A DNA stretch of 64,000 nucleotides from an uncultured Leptospira sp. (lineage in GTDB: Bacteria; Spirochaetota; UBA4802; UB4802): the NCBI GenBank assembly GCA_964509195.1, contig CAZDWJ010000008.1, positions 61,190-125,189 of the forward strand, given 5' to 3'. Position numbers and translations under genes: made by a program. Shown piece by piece: positions 29,617-37,853 of the stretch. The notes beneath the pieces were generated by a model. The model saw nothing but the letters and a program-made list of their open reading frames with translations, did not search any database and had not been told where the DNA came from. Each line of letters begins with the position of its first letter. Position 1 is the first letter of the stretch.

Positions 29617-30811
29617 GTTTGCGTTCTAATGCTGATTTTTTCTTGTAAAAGTTAACAGTCTTTTCAAGCTCTTCTAAATTGGTACAGATGAGCTTGCCTT
29701 CATCCAATGTAATATTTTTGTCCTCAAGAAGTTCCACCACAAGATGATCCCCCTTATCCTGTGGGATTCCAACCATGTTAAGAAGCTCTTTGACTCCAAA
29801 ATCAAAGGTAAAACTTTCCTTGGGTGCAATCTTTACCTTTTGTTTTTCAACCTGAATGAGCAGTGTGTCATACATTCTGCCCAGCGGGTCGCGTATCATT
29901 AAGTTTTCAAGCTGGCGGTATGCTGTCCAAATTCGTTCACTTAAAAGCTGTATAAGCCGTGTTGCAAGCTGTGGTTGCGTCTGAACCATTGTTTCAAAAT
30001 TTTGTCTGTTGATTGCCATAAGTGTGGTATCACCAAACGTGATTGCAGAAGCGCTTCGGGGTCTGTTTTCAAGCAATGCCATTTCGCCAAAGATGTCACC
30101 TGGTTTTAATACCGCAAGCAGCACTTCTTCATCAACAATTTTGGTAATCTTAACCTTACCGCCCTGAATGATGTACAGTTCATCGCCTGGCTCATTTTCA
30201 CAGAATATCATCTGGTTGTCTTTATACACACGTGTGAGACTACTTTTCTGAGGATTTTCCGGGACTTTTAGCGGGGCATTGATTGATTTCAGATGAGCTA
30301 TCGCCTTATCCCTATTTACTCCATTTGGGCAGTGCTGTATATAGCGTTGCAATGCATATGCCGCATGGGGCAGGTTTTTCTTTTTAAGGTAGTATTCGCC
30401 AATTTTAAAAAGGTGTTCGGGATCCTCTTCAACTGCATTGGCAAAGGTAAGGCGGGTGATTGCCTGGTCAAACTCTCTGAGTTTGCGGGAAAAGAATCGA
30501 ATAATCTTCATGGCAACCGCAGGATTTTTCTGAATGAGAATACCAAACTGGTCTCGCTGCACTGAGATAAGCGAAACATCGGTTAATGCGACAGCACTTT
30601 CAATGTGGGCATGGCCACTCATGCAGGGAATAACACCAAAAAAATCACCAGGCCCAAGCAGGGGATTTGTTTCCTGTGCTATTGGATTTTCTTTCACAAG
30701 CTTAACTTTTCCCTGGCGTATGATATAAAAATTATCAGCGTTGCGCTTGCCTTCAACAACAACGAACGAATTTGCTAGATAGTTGACAACTTTAAACTGT
30801 TCCTGTGCCAT
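29594..30811 (-). CDS. Protein with two cyclic-nucleotide-binding (cNMP) domains
   Basis: Two CAP-family cNMP-binding signatures (GDFFGVIPCMSGHAHIESAVAL; GDIFGEMALLENRPRSASAI). No obvious HTH. Confidence 0.65.
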   Translation of the reverse strand: MAQEQFKVVNYLANSFVVVEGKRNADNFYIIRQGKVKLVKENPIAQETNPLLGPGDFFGVIPCMSGHAHIESAVALTDVSLISVQRDQFGILIQKNPAVAMKIIRFFSRKLREFDQAITRLTFANAVEEDPEHLFKIGEYYLKKKNLPHAAYALQRYIQHCPNGVNRDKAIAHLKSINAPLKVPENPQKSSLTRVYKDNQMIFCENEPGDELYIIQGGKVKITKIVDEEVLLAVLKPGDIFGEMALLENRPRSASAITFGDTTLMAINRQNFETMVQTQPQLATRLIQLLSERIWTAYRQLENLMIRDPLGRMYDTLLIQVEKQKVKIAPKESFTFDFGVKELLNMVGIPQDKGDHLVVELLEDKNITLDEGKLICTNLEELEKTVNFYKKKSALERKREASKSS

Positions 30812-31031
30812 GCAGTGCCGTTACCATTTAAAATTACTGTCTTTGCTCAAAGGATAGTGTATTCACAATAAAAGTAAACAAAAAAATGAGTTTTAGCAAT
30901 AATACTATATACTAATTATTCCTAAACGCTTAATTATAACTAAAAAAGAAATTGATGCACACATCCTTATACATTAAAAATCGGTATTATAGACTATAAT
31001 ATCAAGAAAATTTAGATACATAAAAGGGTAT

Positions 31032-31382
31032 CTATGCTTTGAGGTTGGTAAGATTCTGTATTTTCAGGCGTTTGATCTGATTGAAAATATTTGAGTCCGA
31101 TGGCTCATAGTAGGATGCTTTTTGGTATGAAGCGATAGCTGCTTTTGTGTTCTGCAAAGTTTCATACACCTGACCGCGGTGAGAATAAAACTCCTTCTGG
31201 CGTATGCGTACTTTCTGTAACGAGAGATCCGGTTGCTCGCCAATTGGTGGTACTGGAAGCTCTTTTTTAAAGCGCTTCATAGGAGCAAGTATGTCATTTG
31301 TGGCATCTGCATACACAGAATCGCGTTTCTTGAGCTGTAGGATAACAGGTATTGGTGAAACGTTTTTAATTGGTTCAATCAT
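31032..31382 (-). CDS. Hypothetical protein
   Basis: 116-aa ORF with a weak AGGAAT RBS and a single TPR-like segment. Confidence 0.4.
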   Translation of the reverse strand: MIEPIKNVSPIPVILQLKKRDSVYADATNDILAPMKRFKKELPVPPIGEQPDLSLQKVRIRQKEFYSHRGQVYETLQNTKAAIASYQKASYYEPSDSNIFNQIKRLKIQNLTNLKA

Positions 31383-31569
31383 AGTACTATTATTCCTATC
31401 TTACTATAAATATATATGGAATCCTTGTGGGAAGTCAACAAAAAAAAAGCTGGCTAACACTGCGATGTAGTTATTAAAACATCAAAATCCGCTTTCCTGA
31501 TTTTGCGGGAAGGGGATGGAAGTGGGGATACACTATAGTACTTATTTTCAACAGAGAAAAATTAAATAC

Positions 31570-33240
31570 CTAATCCGAAGTAAGATATTTTTCCAGATAC
31601 TCATTCAGGTCGTTGATGTTTTTTCGTATCATGGATTTAAATTCCGGAGGTATGTTCTGCTGCATTACCACTCTATAGTAATTCAGGGCATCACGCACTT
31701 TTCGCTTTTTTATAAGGTCATCTGCTTTCTGTAATAACGGTCTGTATTTATAAAAGGCATATTCCAGGATATTTTTTTCTCTTGAAAGGCTGAATTCATC
31801 CGGGAGTTTTTTAAAGTCATAAGTTACTTTTAATATTGGCAAATCCTTTTTCTTTCGTCTGTCATGCTGCAAAAACTTTTCATAAAATTTGCGGTCTTCT
31901 TCCAGTTTGCGAAGTGTTTCCGGGTCTGAAGTATCATATTCAACTTCTTCAGATTTTCTGTAGTCACCTAATATTTCAATTTCGTCCTGTTTTTTACGTT
32001 TATCCTCTTCAAGTATCTTTTTGAAGATATCTTCATCGCTGACTTCATCCAGCTCACTTTTTTTCTCATCTTTTATGATGTCGCTGATAAGTTCCCAGTC
32101 CTCTTCTTCTTTTTGTTTTTCAGTTTTTTCCACAATTTCTGATGATTGTGTTGTTTCACCCGGCTTGACTTTATCACCATACAGCTTTTTCAGAATATCT
32201 TTTGCAATATCCCCGTGAATTTTGTCTTTGTCTATGGGTTGTGGTTTTGGAGCGGTTATAGTTGGCAGCTTTTCCAGGATTTTTAGTATAGGCTCCGGGT
32301 CAATTTCAATTGGCAATTTGCCCTCATATTTTACTGTGGAAACAGCAGGCTGAGCGCCTGATTCAAGAAGCTTAGAGTGTACTTCCTTTAAACGTTCTAG
32401 TTCATTCCTGGTTTTTTCTTTTTCTTCATATAGTTTAAACATTCTGTCGGTAAGGTCATTTAGCTGATTTTGCAACTTCTGCATTTCGGATGATTCTTCT
32501 TTGCCGGCTAATCCCTTTAACTGGTTTGATAATTCTTTTTTTAATTCCTCTAAGCGTGATGCTAAGCTACTGATTTCATCTTTGTATTTATTGATTGCAG
32601 CTTCTTCCAGATTTTCTAATTTCTGCTTTTCCTGAATACGTCTGGTAATTTCATCAACTATCCTGTCAACATCCACAGGCTGAGGGTTAAATCCAATCTG
32701 TATTTTATCAGGAAGCTTTATGGGGCTGTCCAGTGAAATTTTGATTTCATTTGGCTTGCTTCTAGATTCAGTTTTCATCTGATGTTGTTGAGTTTCTTGT
32801 TTTTGCTTGTATTTTTTAAGGTAATCAATATTAGCATTGATTTTTGCATTGGTTTCCGCATCTAAGATTCTATCATTTACGCCTTCGTATAGTGAAATAG
32901 CTGTGGTAAAATCGCCTTTTTTAGCATACACTTCCGCATTCATTAGTATCCGCATATATATCCTGAATCGTGAATGAGAAGGAATTATCTCTAAAGCAGA
33001 ATAAGGCAATTTAAAATCATCATCAATGAATGTTTCTTCATGAGGTGCATCAGTTGCTCTTCTCTTAGGTTTGCTTGCATCAGGATATTTCTCTTCAATT
33101 TCGAGGTCACTTGCGCGGCGGCGGAAAATTTTTTCTGGAGGCGCACTTTGGGCTGTCTCAGCTTTTGAATCATTACCTGTGATTGCCCACAGTAGTATTA
33201 TAATCACAACAATCAACAATGTAATAAGAATTGGTATCAT
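31570..33240 (-). CDS. Membrane-anchored K/E-rich coiled-coil protein
   Basis: N-terminal TM helix, TPR-like segment, then about 350 aa of charged heptad-like coiled coil. 556 aa. Confidence 0.55.
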   Translation of the reverse strand: MIPILITLLIVVIIILLWAITGNDSKAETAQSAPPEKIFRRRASDLEIEEKYPDASKPKRRATDAPHEETFIDDDFKLPYSALEIIPSHSRFRIYMRILMNAEVYAKKGDFTTAISLYEGVNDRILDAETNAKINANIDYLKKYKQKQETQQHQMKTESRSKPNEIKISLDSPIKLPDKIQIGFNPQPVDVDRIVDEITRRIQEKQKLENLEEAAINKYKDEISSLASRLEELKKELSNQLKGLAGKEESSEMQKLQNQLNDLTDRMFKLYEEKEKTRNELERLKEVHSKLLESGAQPAVSTVKYEGKLPIEIDPEPILKILEKLPTITAPKPQPIDKDKIHGDIAKDILKKLYGDKVKPGETTQSSEIVEKTEKQKEEEDWELISDIIKDEKKSELDEVSDEDIFKKILEEDKRKKQDEIEILGDYRKSEEVEYDTSDPETLRKLEEDRKFYEKFLQHDRRKKKDLPILKVTYDFKKLPDEFSLSREKNILEYAFYKYRPLLQKADDLIKKRKVRDALNYYRVVMQQNIPPEFKSMIRKNINDLNEYLEKYLTSD

Positions 33241-33381
33241 AACAAACGCTAGTAATCAATCTCCGTATCAATTATATTTTATACACCACTGACATTCTAA
33301 AACTAGATAAAGAATTTGCACATGCTGTCATTGTAAACATTATTTAAGATGAGTTGTGCCATAAATGTCCTTTTTACCTTT

Positions 33382-33471
33382 TAACTATCGCTCATAATAA
33401 TTATAATATACAAATAATATATGCAATGCAATAGAATTATGAAAAAAATATTTTTTAAGCGATAGTTACTG
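33382..33471. repeat. Inverted pair of motif copies (TAACTATCGCT ... AGCGATAGTTACTG) flanking a 65-nt AT-rich spacer
   Basis: An 11-bp perfect inverted repeat at 33382-33392 and 33458-33468 in the glgX-downstream / coiled-coil-upstream intergenic region. Confidence 0.6.
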
Positions 33472-33498
33472 TTAAAAATACCTTCTATTACACTATCG

Positions 33499-35646
33499 TC
33501 ATACGTGAGCAGAAATCAAAACTACAGATGACATTTTTTTAGTTAAATAGCTTTCCTGGGAAGGGATTGACGTACCTTGTAGTATTATATCATCAGGTGT
33601 ATGCAGTGAGGTATCGACCACACGTAGCCATTGACTACCGTTAAATGGCTTTGGTAGTGAAAATGCGAGGTCATATTCAGATGCGTTGAATATCATATAT
33701 ATATCATTATCGGGAGTACCGTATTGAAGCTTAGCATATGCACCGTTAAGATGCAATGCAATAGAATGGCTGTAATATCCAAGATCAGGGGCATGGCAGT
33801 TAACACCGTGCCACACGCAATCAGGGTGTGTAAACCCTTGCTGGGCAGTGCCTGATAAAAAGTGCTTTTGCCGTAGTACTGGATGCATTTTGCGAAATTG
33901 AATCAAACACCGCACAAATCTATGTATATCATCAAATTGCTGCATCCTGTCCCAGTTTATCCAGGATATTTCGTTATCCTGGCAGTAGGCGTTGTTGTTA
34001 CCATTTTGAGTTCTACCCATCTCATCTCCTGCAAGCATCATGGGTACACCCTGAGACAAAAACAGTGTAGTAAAAAAATTTTTTATCTGCTGTCTTCTGA
34101 TTGTAAGTATTTCAGGCGGAGCATCATGACCTTCAACGCCGTAGTTACAACTCAAGTTATTGTTGTCCCCGTCTTGATTATTTTCACCATTAGCAAGATT
34201 GTGTTTTTCATTAAATGAAACTAAATCCAGCATAGTAAAGCCATCGTGGCAGGTGATAAAATTAATGCTGTGCAGTGGACTTCTGTTGGTTTTTTGGTAA
34301 ATATCAGGGCTGCCAATAATGCGCTGCATAAAGTTGACAACGGTATCATTATCGCCACGCCAGAAATGACGGACATCGTCACGGAATTTGCCATTCCATT
34401 CGGCCCACCGTCCGGGGAAATGGCCTATTAAGTACGCTCCGCCAGCATCCCAGGCTTCGGCAATAATTTTAGTGTTGCGCAAGATGGGGTCTTCGGATAT
34501 TTTTTCGATAAGTGGTGGATTTTGCAAAATATTTCCATCCTGATCCCTTCCAAGTATTGAAGCCAGATCAAATCTAAATCCATCAACATGCATATCAACA
34601 ACCCAGTAGCGCAAGCAGTCTAAGATAAAATCACGTACCAGTGGATTATTGCAGTTAACTGTGTTACCGCAGCCGGAAAAATTTTGATAAAATCGTTTGT
34701 TCTCTTTCAGCATGTAGTATATAGAATTATCAAAACCTTTAAAACTTATTGTGGGACCCAGATGGTCACCCTCAGCGGTATGATTGAATACAACGTCTAA
34801 AAACACCTCAATGCCAGCTTCATGAAAATCACGGATCATTTCCTTGAATTCATTAATCTGCTGACCCATTGTGCCACTTGATGAATATGTTGATTTTGGT
34901 GCAAAGAACGCAATGGTGCTGTAGCCCCAGTAGTTTTTGAGTCGCTCACCGGTAAACGGGTTCACATTAACATTTTCAAATTCATCAAATTCCTGAATGG
35001 GCATAAGTTCAACGGCAGTAATTCCCAATTCTTTCAAATAGGGTATCTTTTCGGTTAAGCCTTTAAAGGTACCTCTGTGCTTGACATTTGATGATGGATG
35101 ATAGGTAAACCCTTTTACATGAAGTTCGTAGATGATGGTATCTTCCATTGGAGTTTGAATGGGACGATCGTACCAATCAAATTCAGTGTCTACAACAATA
35201 CATTTGGGTGATTCTTTATAGTTTTTATCTGTAGAAAACGAAAGGTCCTCATCCGGGTGCCCCTTAATGTATCCACAGGCTTTGCTGAAATCCCATATAT
35301 GATTGCCACTGATAGCTTTAGCATAGGGGTCAAGCAACAGCTTATTTTTATTAAAACGATGCCCCTGATTAGGCTGATATGGTCCGTCAACTTTATAGCC
35401 ATAAAGCTGTCCTTCACGAATACCAGCAATCCAGATATGCCAGACATCACCTGTTTTATTGAGTTTGGGATCTAATTCAATTTCAATATATTCTTCAGTT
35501 TCTGATGAAGAAAATAGCAGGATTGAAACAGCTGTGGCATGACGGCTGAATAGCGCAAACCGTGCACCATGCCTGTCTAAATGAACACCTAATGGCAGGG
35601 GAGTCCCCGGCAACGTAACAAAATGATGTTGTTTAATGGGATGCAT
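33499..35646 (-). CDS. glgX: Glycogen debranching enzyme (GH13, GlgX/TreX type)
   Basis: 715 aa. N-terminal CBM48-like region followed by a GH13 catalytic domain (GFRFDLASIL, EAWD, FITCHDGFT conserved regions). Confidence 0.85.
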   Translation of the reverse strand: MHPIKQHHFVTLPGTPLPLGVHLDRHGARFALFSRHATAVSILLFSSSETEEYIEIELDPKLNKTGDVWHIWIAGIREGQLYGYKVDGPYQPNQGHRFNKNKLLLDPYAKAISGNHIWDFSKACGYIKGHPDEDLSFSTDKNYKESPKCIVVDTEFDWYDRPIQTPMEDTIIYELHVKGFTYHPSSNVKHRGTFKGLTEKIPYLKELGITAVELMPIQEFDEFENVNVNPFTGERLKNYWGYSTIAFFAPKSTYSSSGTMGQQINEFKEMIRDFHEAGIEVFLDVVFNHTAEGDHLGPTISFKGFDNSIYYMLKENKRFYQNFSGCGNTVNCNNPLVRDFILDCLRYWVVDMHVDGFRFDLASILGRDQDGNILQNPPLIEKISEDPILRNTKIIAEAWDAGGAYLIGHFPGRWAEWNGKFRDDVRHFWRGDNDTVVNFMQRIIGSPDIYQKTNRSPLHSINFITCHDGFTMLDLVSFNEKHNLANGENNQDGDNNNLSCNYGVEGHDAPPEILTIRRQQIKNFFTTLFLSQGVPMMLAGDEMGRTQNGNNNAYCQDNEISWINWDRMQQFDDIHRFVRCLIQFRKMHPVLRQKHFLSGTAQQGFTHPDCVWHGVNCHAPDLGYYSHSIALHLNGAYAKLQYGTPDNDIYMIFNASEYDLAFSLPKPFNGSQWLRVVDTSLHTPDDIILQGTSIPSQESYLTKKMSSVVLISAHV

Positions 35647-36082
35647 GTTTAAATAAATATGATTAGCTTTGTTGTGTAAATAGTTACAGCATACAAATAT
35701 GGATGTATGCGCATAACAGTCAATGCAAATTTTTCTTAAACAGTGGTATGTTTATAGCTTATTGTGAAACAGTCCAATACCTTTGGAAAACAAAGATATA
35801 AAAATGCTATAGTAATGGAAGCTAAAAGTGGGGATAAAATGCGCAATGTAAACCATAGCGGTAAAAAAAAGATCAATGTATTTTAAGTTGGTTTATGCTC
35901 TGCAATATTAAAAAATGATATATGGTGTTTCAGTAAAGTGTTAGTTAATACGTTAGATTTAAGGGAACTTGAGTAAATGCATTTATAAAGAAGTACTCAT
36001 GTCATCCACCAATACACTGTGAAGATATTGCTTTAAAAAAAATTTAAAAAAATTCATTGACAAATCTAGTATATATAATAAC

Positions 36083-36113
36083 ATCAGACCATATGATAAT
36101 CTGATTTTTTTTG
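36083..36113 (+). promoter_or_regulatory. Leader hairpin plus T8 immediately upstream of the uxuA start (possible attenuator or operator)
   Basis: ATCAGA-N11-TCTGAT inverted repeat followed by TTTTTTTT. It lies downstream of a TATAAT at 36074-36079 and 13 nt before the uxuA ATG. Confidence 0.35.
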
Positions 36114-36125
36114 TGGACAAAAACC

Positions 36126-37121
36126 ATGATTAAAATTGCTGAATTGCTTCCCCCGCGCCCTTCTGCATTGTGGACCATGGTAAAGCAATGTGGAATAGAG
36201 TATGTTGTTGGCGGTATGCAGCATTACGCTGGCTGGGAAAATATGCCAAAGGACTTCTGGCCATGGAGCTATAATTCACTGGTTCATATTAAGACCAATT
36301 ATGAAAACGGAGGATTTACGCTTGGAGTCATTGAATCCCGACCTCCAATGGAAAAAATAAAATTAGGCCTGCCGGGAAGGGATGAAGAAATTGAAAATGT
36401 CATAATGCTTATACAGAACATGGGGAAACTGGGCATTCCCGTATGGTGTTATGAATGGATGCCCGTGTTTGGTTGGACAAGGACTTCAACAACAACGCCC
36501 ATCCGCGGGGGTGCAATGGCTACCTCTTATGATCATGCACTAATGGAAAAGGCTCCAATGACTGAGTACGGAATTGTAACCGAAGAAACATTATGGAAAA
36601 ATCTACAGTATTTTCTAAACGCCGTTATCCCTGAAGCAGAAAAAGCAGGTGTAAAATTAGCCATGCATCCAGATGATCCACCCATTTCTCCTATTCGCGG
36701 TGTTGCGCGTATTATGCGCTCGGTTGAACATTTTCAAAAGTTACTGGATCTTTATCCAAGTGAGTTTAATGGCATTGCATTGTGTCAGGGTAATTTTGCA
36801 TTGATGACGGATGATCTTCCTGCTGTAATCAGAAAATTTGGAAAACAGGGTAAAATCTTTTTTGTCCATTTCAGGAATGTAAAGGGAACCGCACACAAAT
36901 TTACTGAAACATTTCATGACGATGGGATGATTGATATGTACGAATGCATGAAGGCATACTATGAGATTGGCTATGAGGGACTGATGCGTCCTGATCATGT
37001 TCCCACTATGGAAGGCGATAGCAATGATAATCCTGCCTATTCCTCAATTGGTAGGCTTTTTGCCATTGGGTACATAAAGGGCCTGGCGGAAGCAGTTGAA
37101 AAAAATCAATGCGGAAGGTGA
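36126..37121 (+). CDS. uxuA: D-mannonate dehydratase
   Basis: Blocks CYEWMPVFGWTRT, LAMHPDDPP, MRPDHVPTM and AYSSIGRLFAIGYIKGLAEAV align with UxuA (CYNFMPVLDWTRT, MAVHPDDPP, MRPDHGHQM, GYSAIGRLKGLAEV). ATG at 36126 is preferred over the TTG at 36111, which lies inside a leader hairpin/T-tract. Confidence 0.8.
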   Translation: MIKIAELLPPRPSALWTMVKQCGIEYVVGGMQHYAGWENMPKDFWPWSYNSLVHIKTNYENGGFTLGVIESRPPMEKIKLGLPGRDEEIENVIMLIQNMGKLGIPVWCYEWMPVFGWTRTSTTTPIRGGAMATSYDHALMEKAPMTEYGIVTEETLWKNLQYFLNAVIPEAEKAGVKLAMHPDDPPISPIRGVARIMRSVEHFQKLLDLYPSEFNGIALCQGNFALMTDDLPAVIRKFGKQGKIFFVHFRNVKGTAHKFTETFHDDGMIDMYECMKAYYEIGYEGLMRPDHVPTMEGDSNDNPAYSSIGRLFAIGYIKGLAEAVEKNQCGR

Positions 37122-37128
37122 ATTAGAT

Positions 37129-37830
37129 ATGGATACCATACAACCAATTAAGCGTAATAAGCTCACTGAATCGATAGTGAATCTGGTATTGACAAATATT
37201 AAAAATGGCACTCTTCCTCCAGGAAGCAAATTGCCTCCCGAGCGGGAATTGATGAAAAAATTGCAGGTGGGGCGTTCCACATTGCGTGAAGCGGTACAGT
37301 CGCTTGCACTTATGGGTATACTGGATGTAAAACCGGGTGAAGGAACTTTTGTAAGAACTATAGCCAAAGAAGAAATTATTGGCCCTCATTTATTTGTTCC
37401 ATTGATTGATAACGAAAGTATGGCAGATTTTTTTGAAGCTCGCCTTTTAATTGAACCACGCATCGCTGCGCTGGCAAGCAAAAGAAGGAATGCAGAGGAT
37501 ATTAAAGCTATTGAAGATACATTGGTAAAGACAAAACAACATATCAATAGTGGGGAAGATGTGGATCGCTTTGCAGGTCAGTTCCACTTGCAGATTGCAA
37601 AGGCATCAAAAAATATTGTGTGTGTCCGCTTTATGGAAGCCATTCTTTCATTCCTGGTTGGGAAAAGAGAAAACGCTGAACGTAATAAAGCCTTTTTACA
37701 ATGGGAGTATGAATCACACGAAAGCATTTTTACAGCAATAAAAAAGGGAGATGAAACAAAAGCATATAAGGCTATGGAGCAACATATTCAGGCAGTTTCA
37801 CAGTGGTATAAAAAATTAGATGTTGTATGA
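37129..37830 (+). CDS. FadR/GntR-family transcriptional regulator (FCD domain)
   Basis: N-terminal GntR wHTH (RELMKKLQVGRSTLREAVQSLALMGIL) and C-terminal FCD domain. ATG at 37129 has a GGAAGGTG RBS. Confidence 0.8.
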   Translation: MDTIQPIKRNKLTESIVNLVLTNIKNGTLPPGSKLPPERELMKKLQVGRSTLREAVQSLALMGILDVKPGEGTFVRTIAKEEIIGPHLFVPLIDNESMADFFEARLLIEPRIAALASKRRNAEDIKAIEDTLVKTKQHINSGEDVDRFAGQFHLQIAKASKNIVCVRFMEAILSFLVGKRENAERNKAFLQWEYESHESIFTAIKKGDETKAYKAMEQHIQAVSQWYKKLDVV

Positions 37831-37853
37831 TTTTTCACTGATGGAGGTTTGCC

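Noticed and set aside
36111-36125. TTG start for uxuA from the ORF track
   Set aside because: It lies within the leader hairpin and T-tract. The ATG at 36126 matches where UxuA homologues begin.
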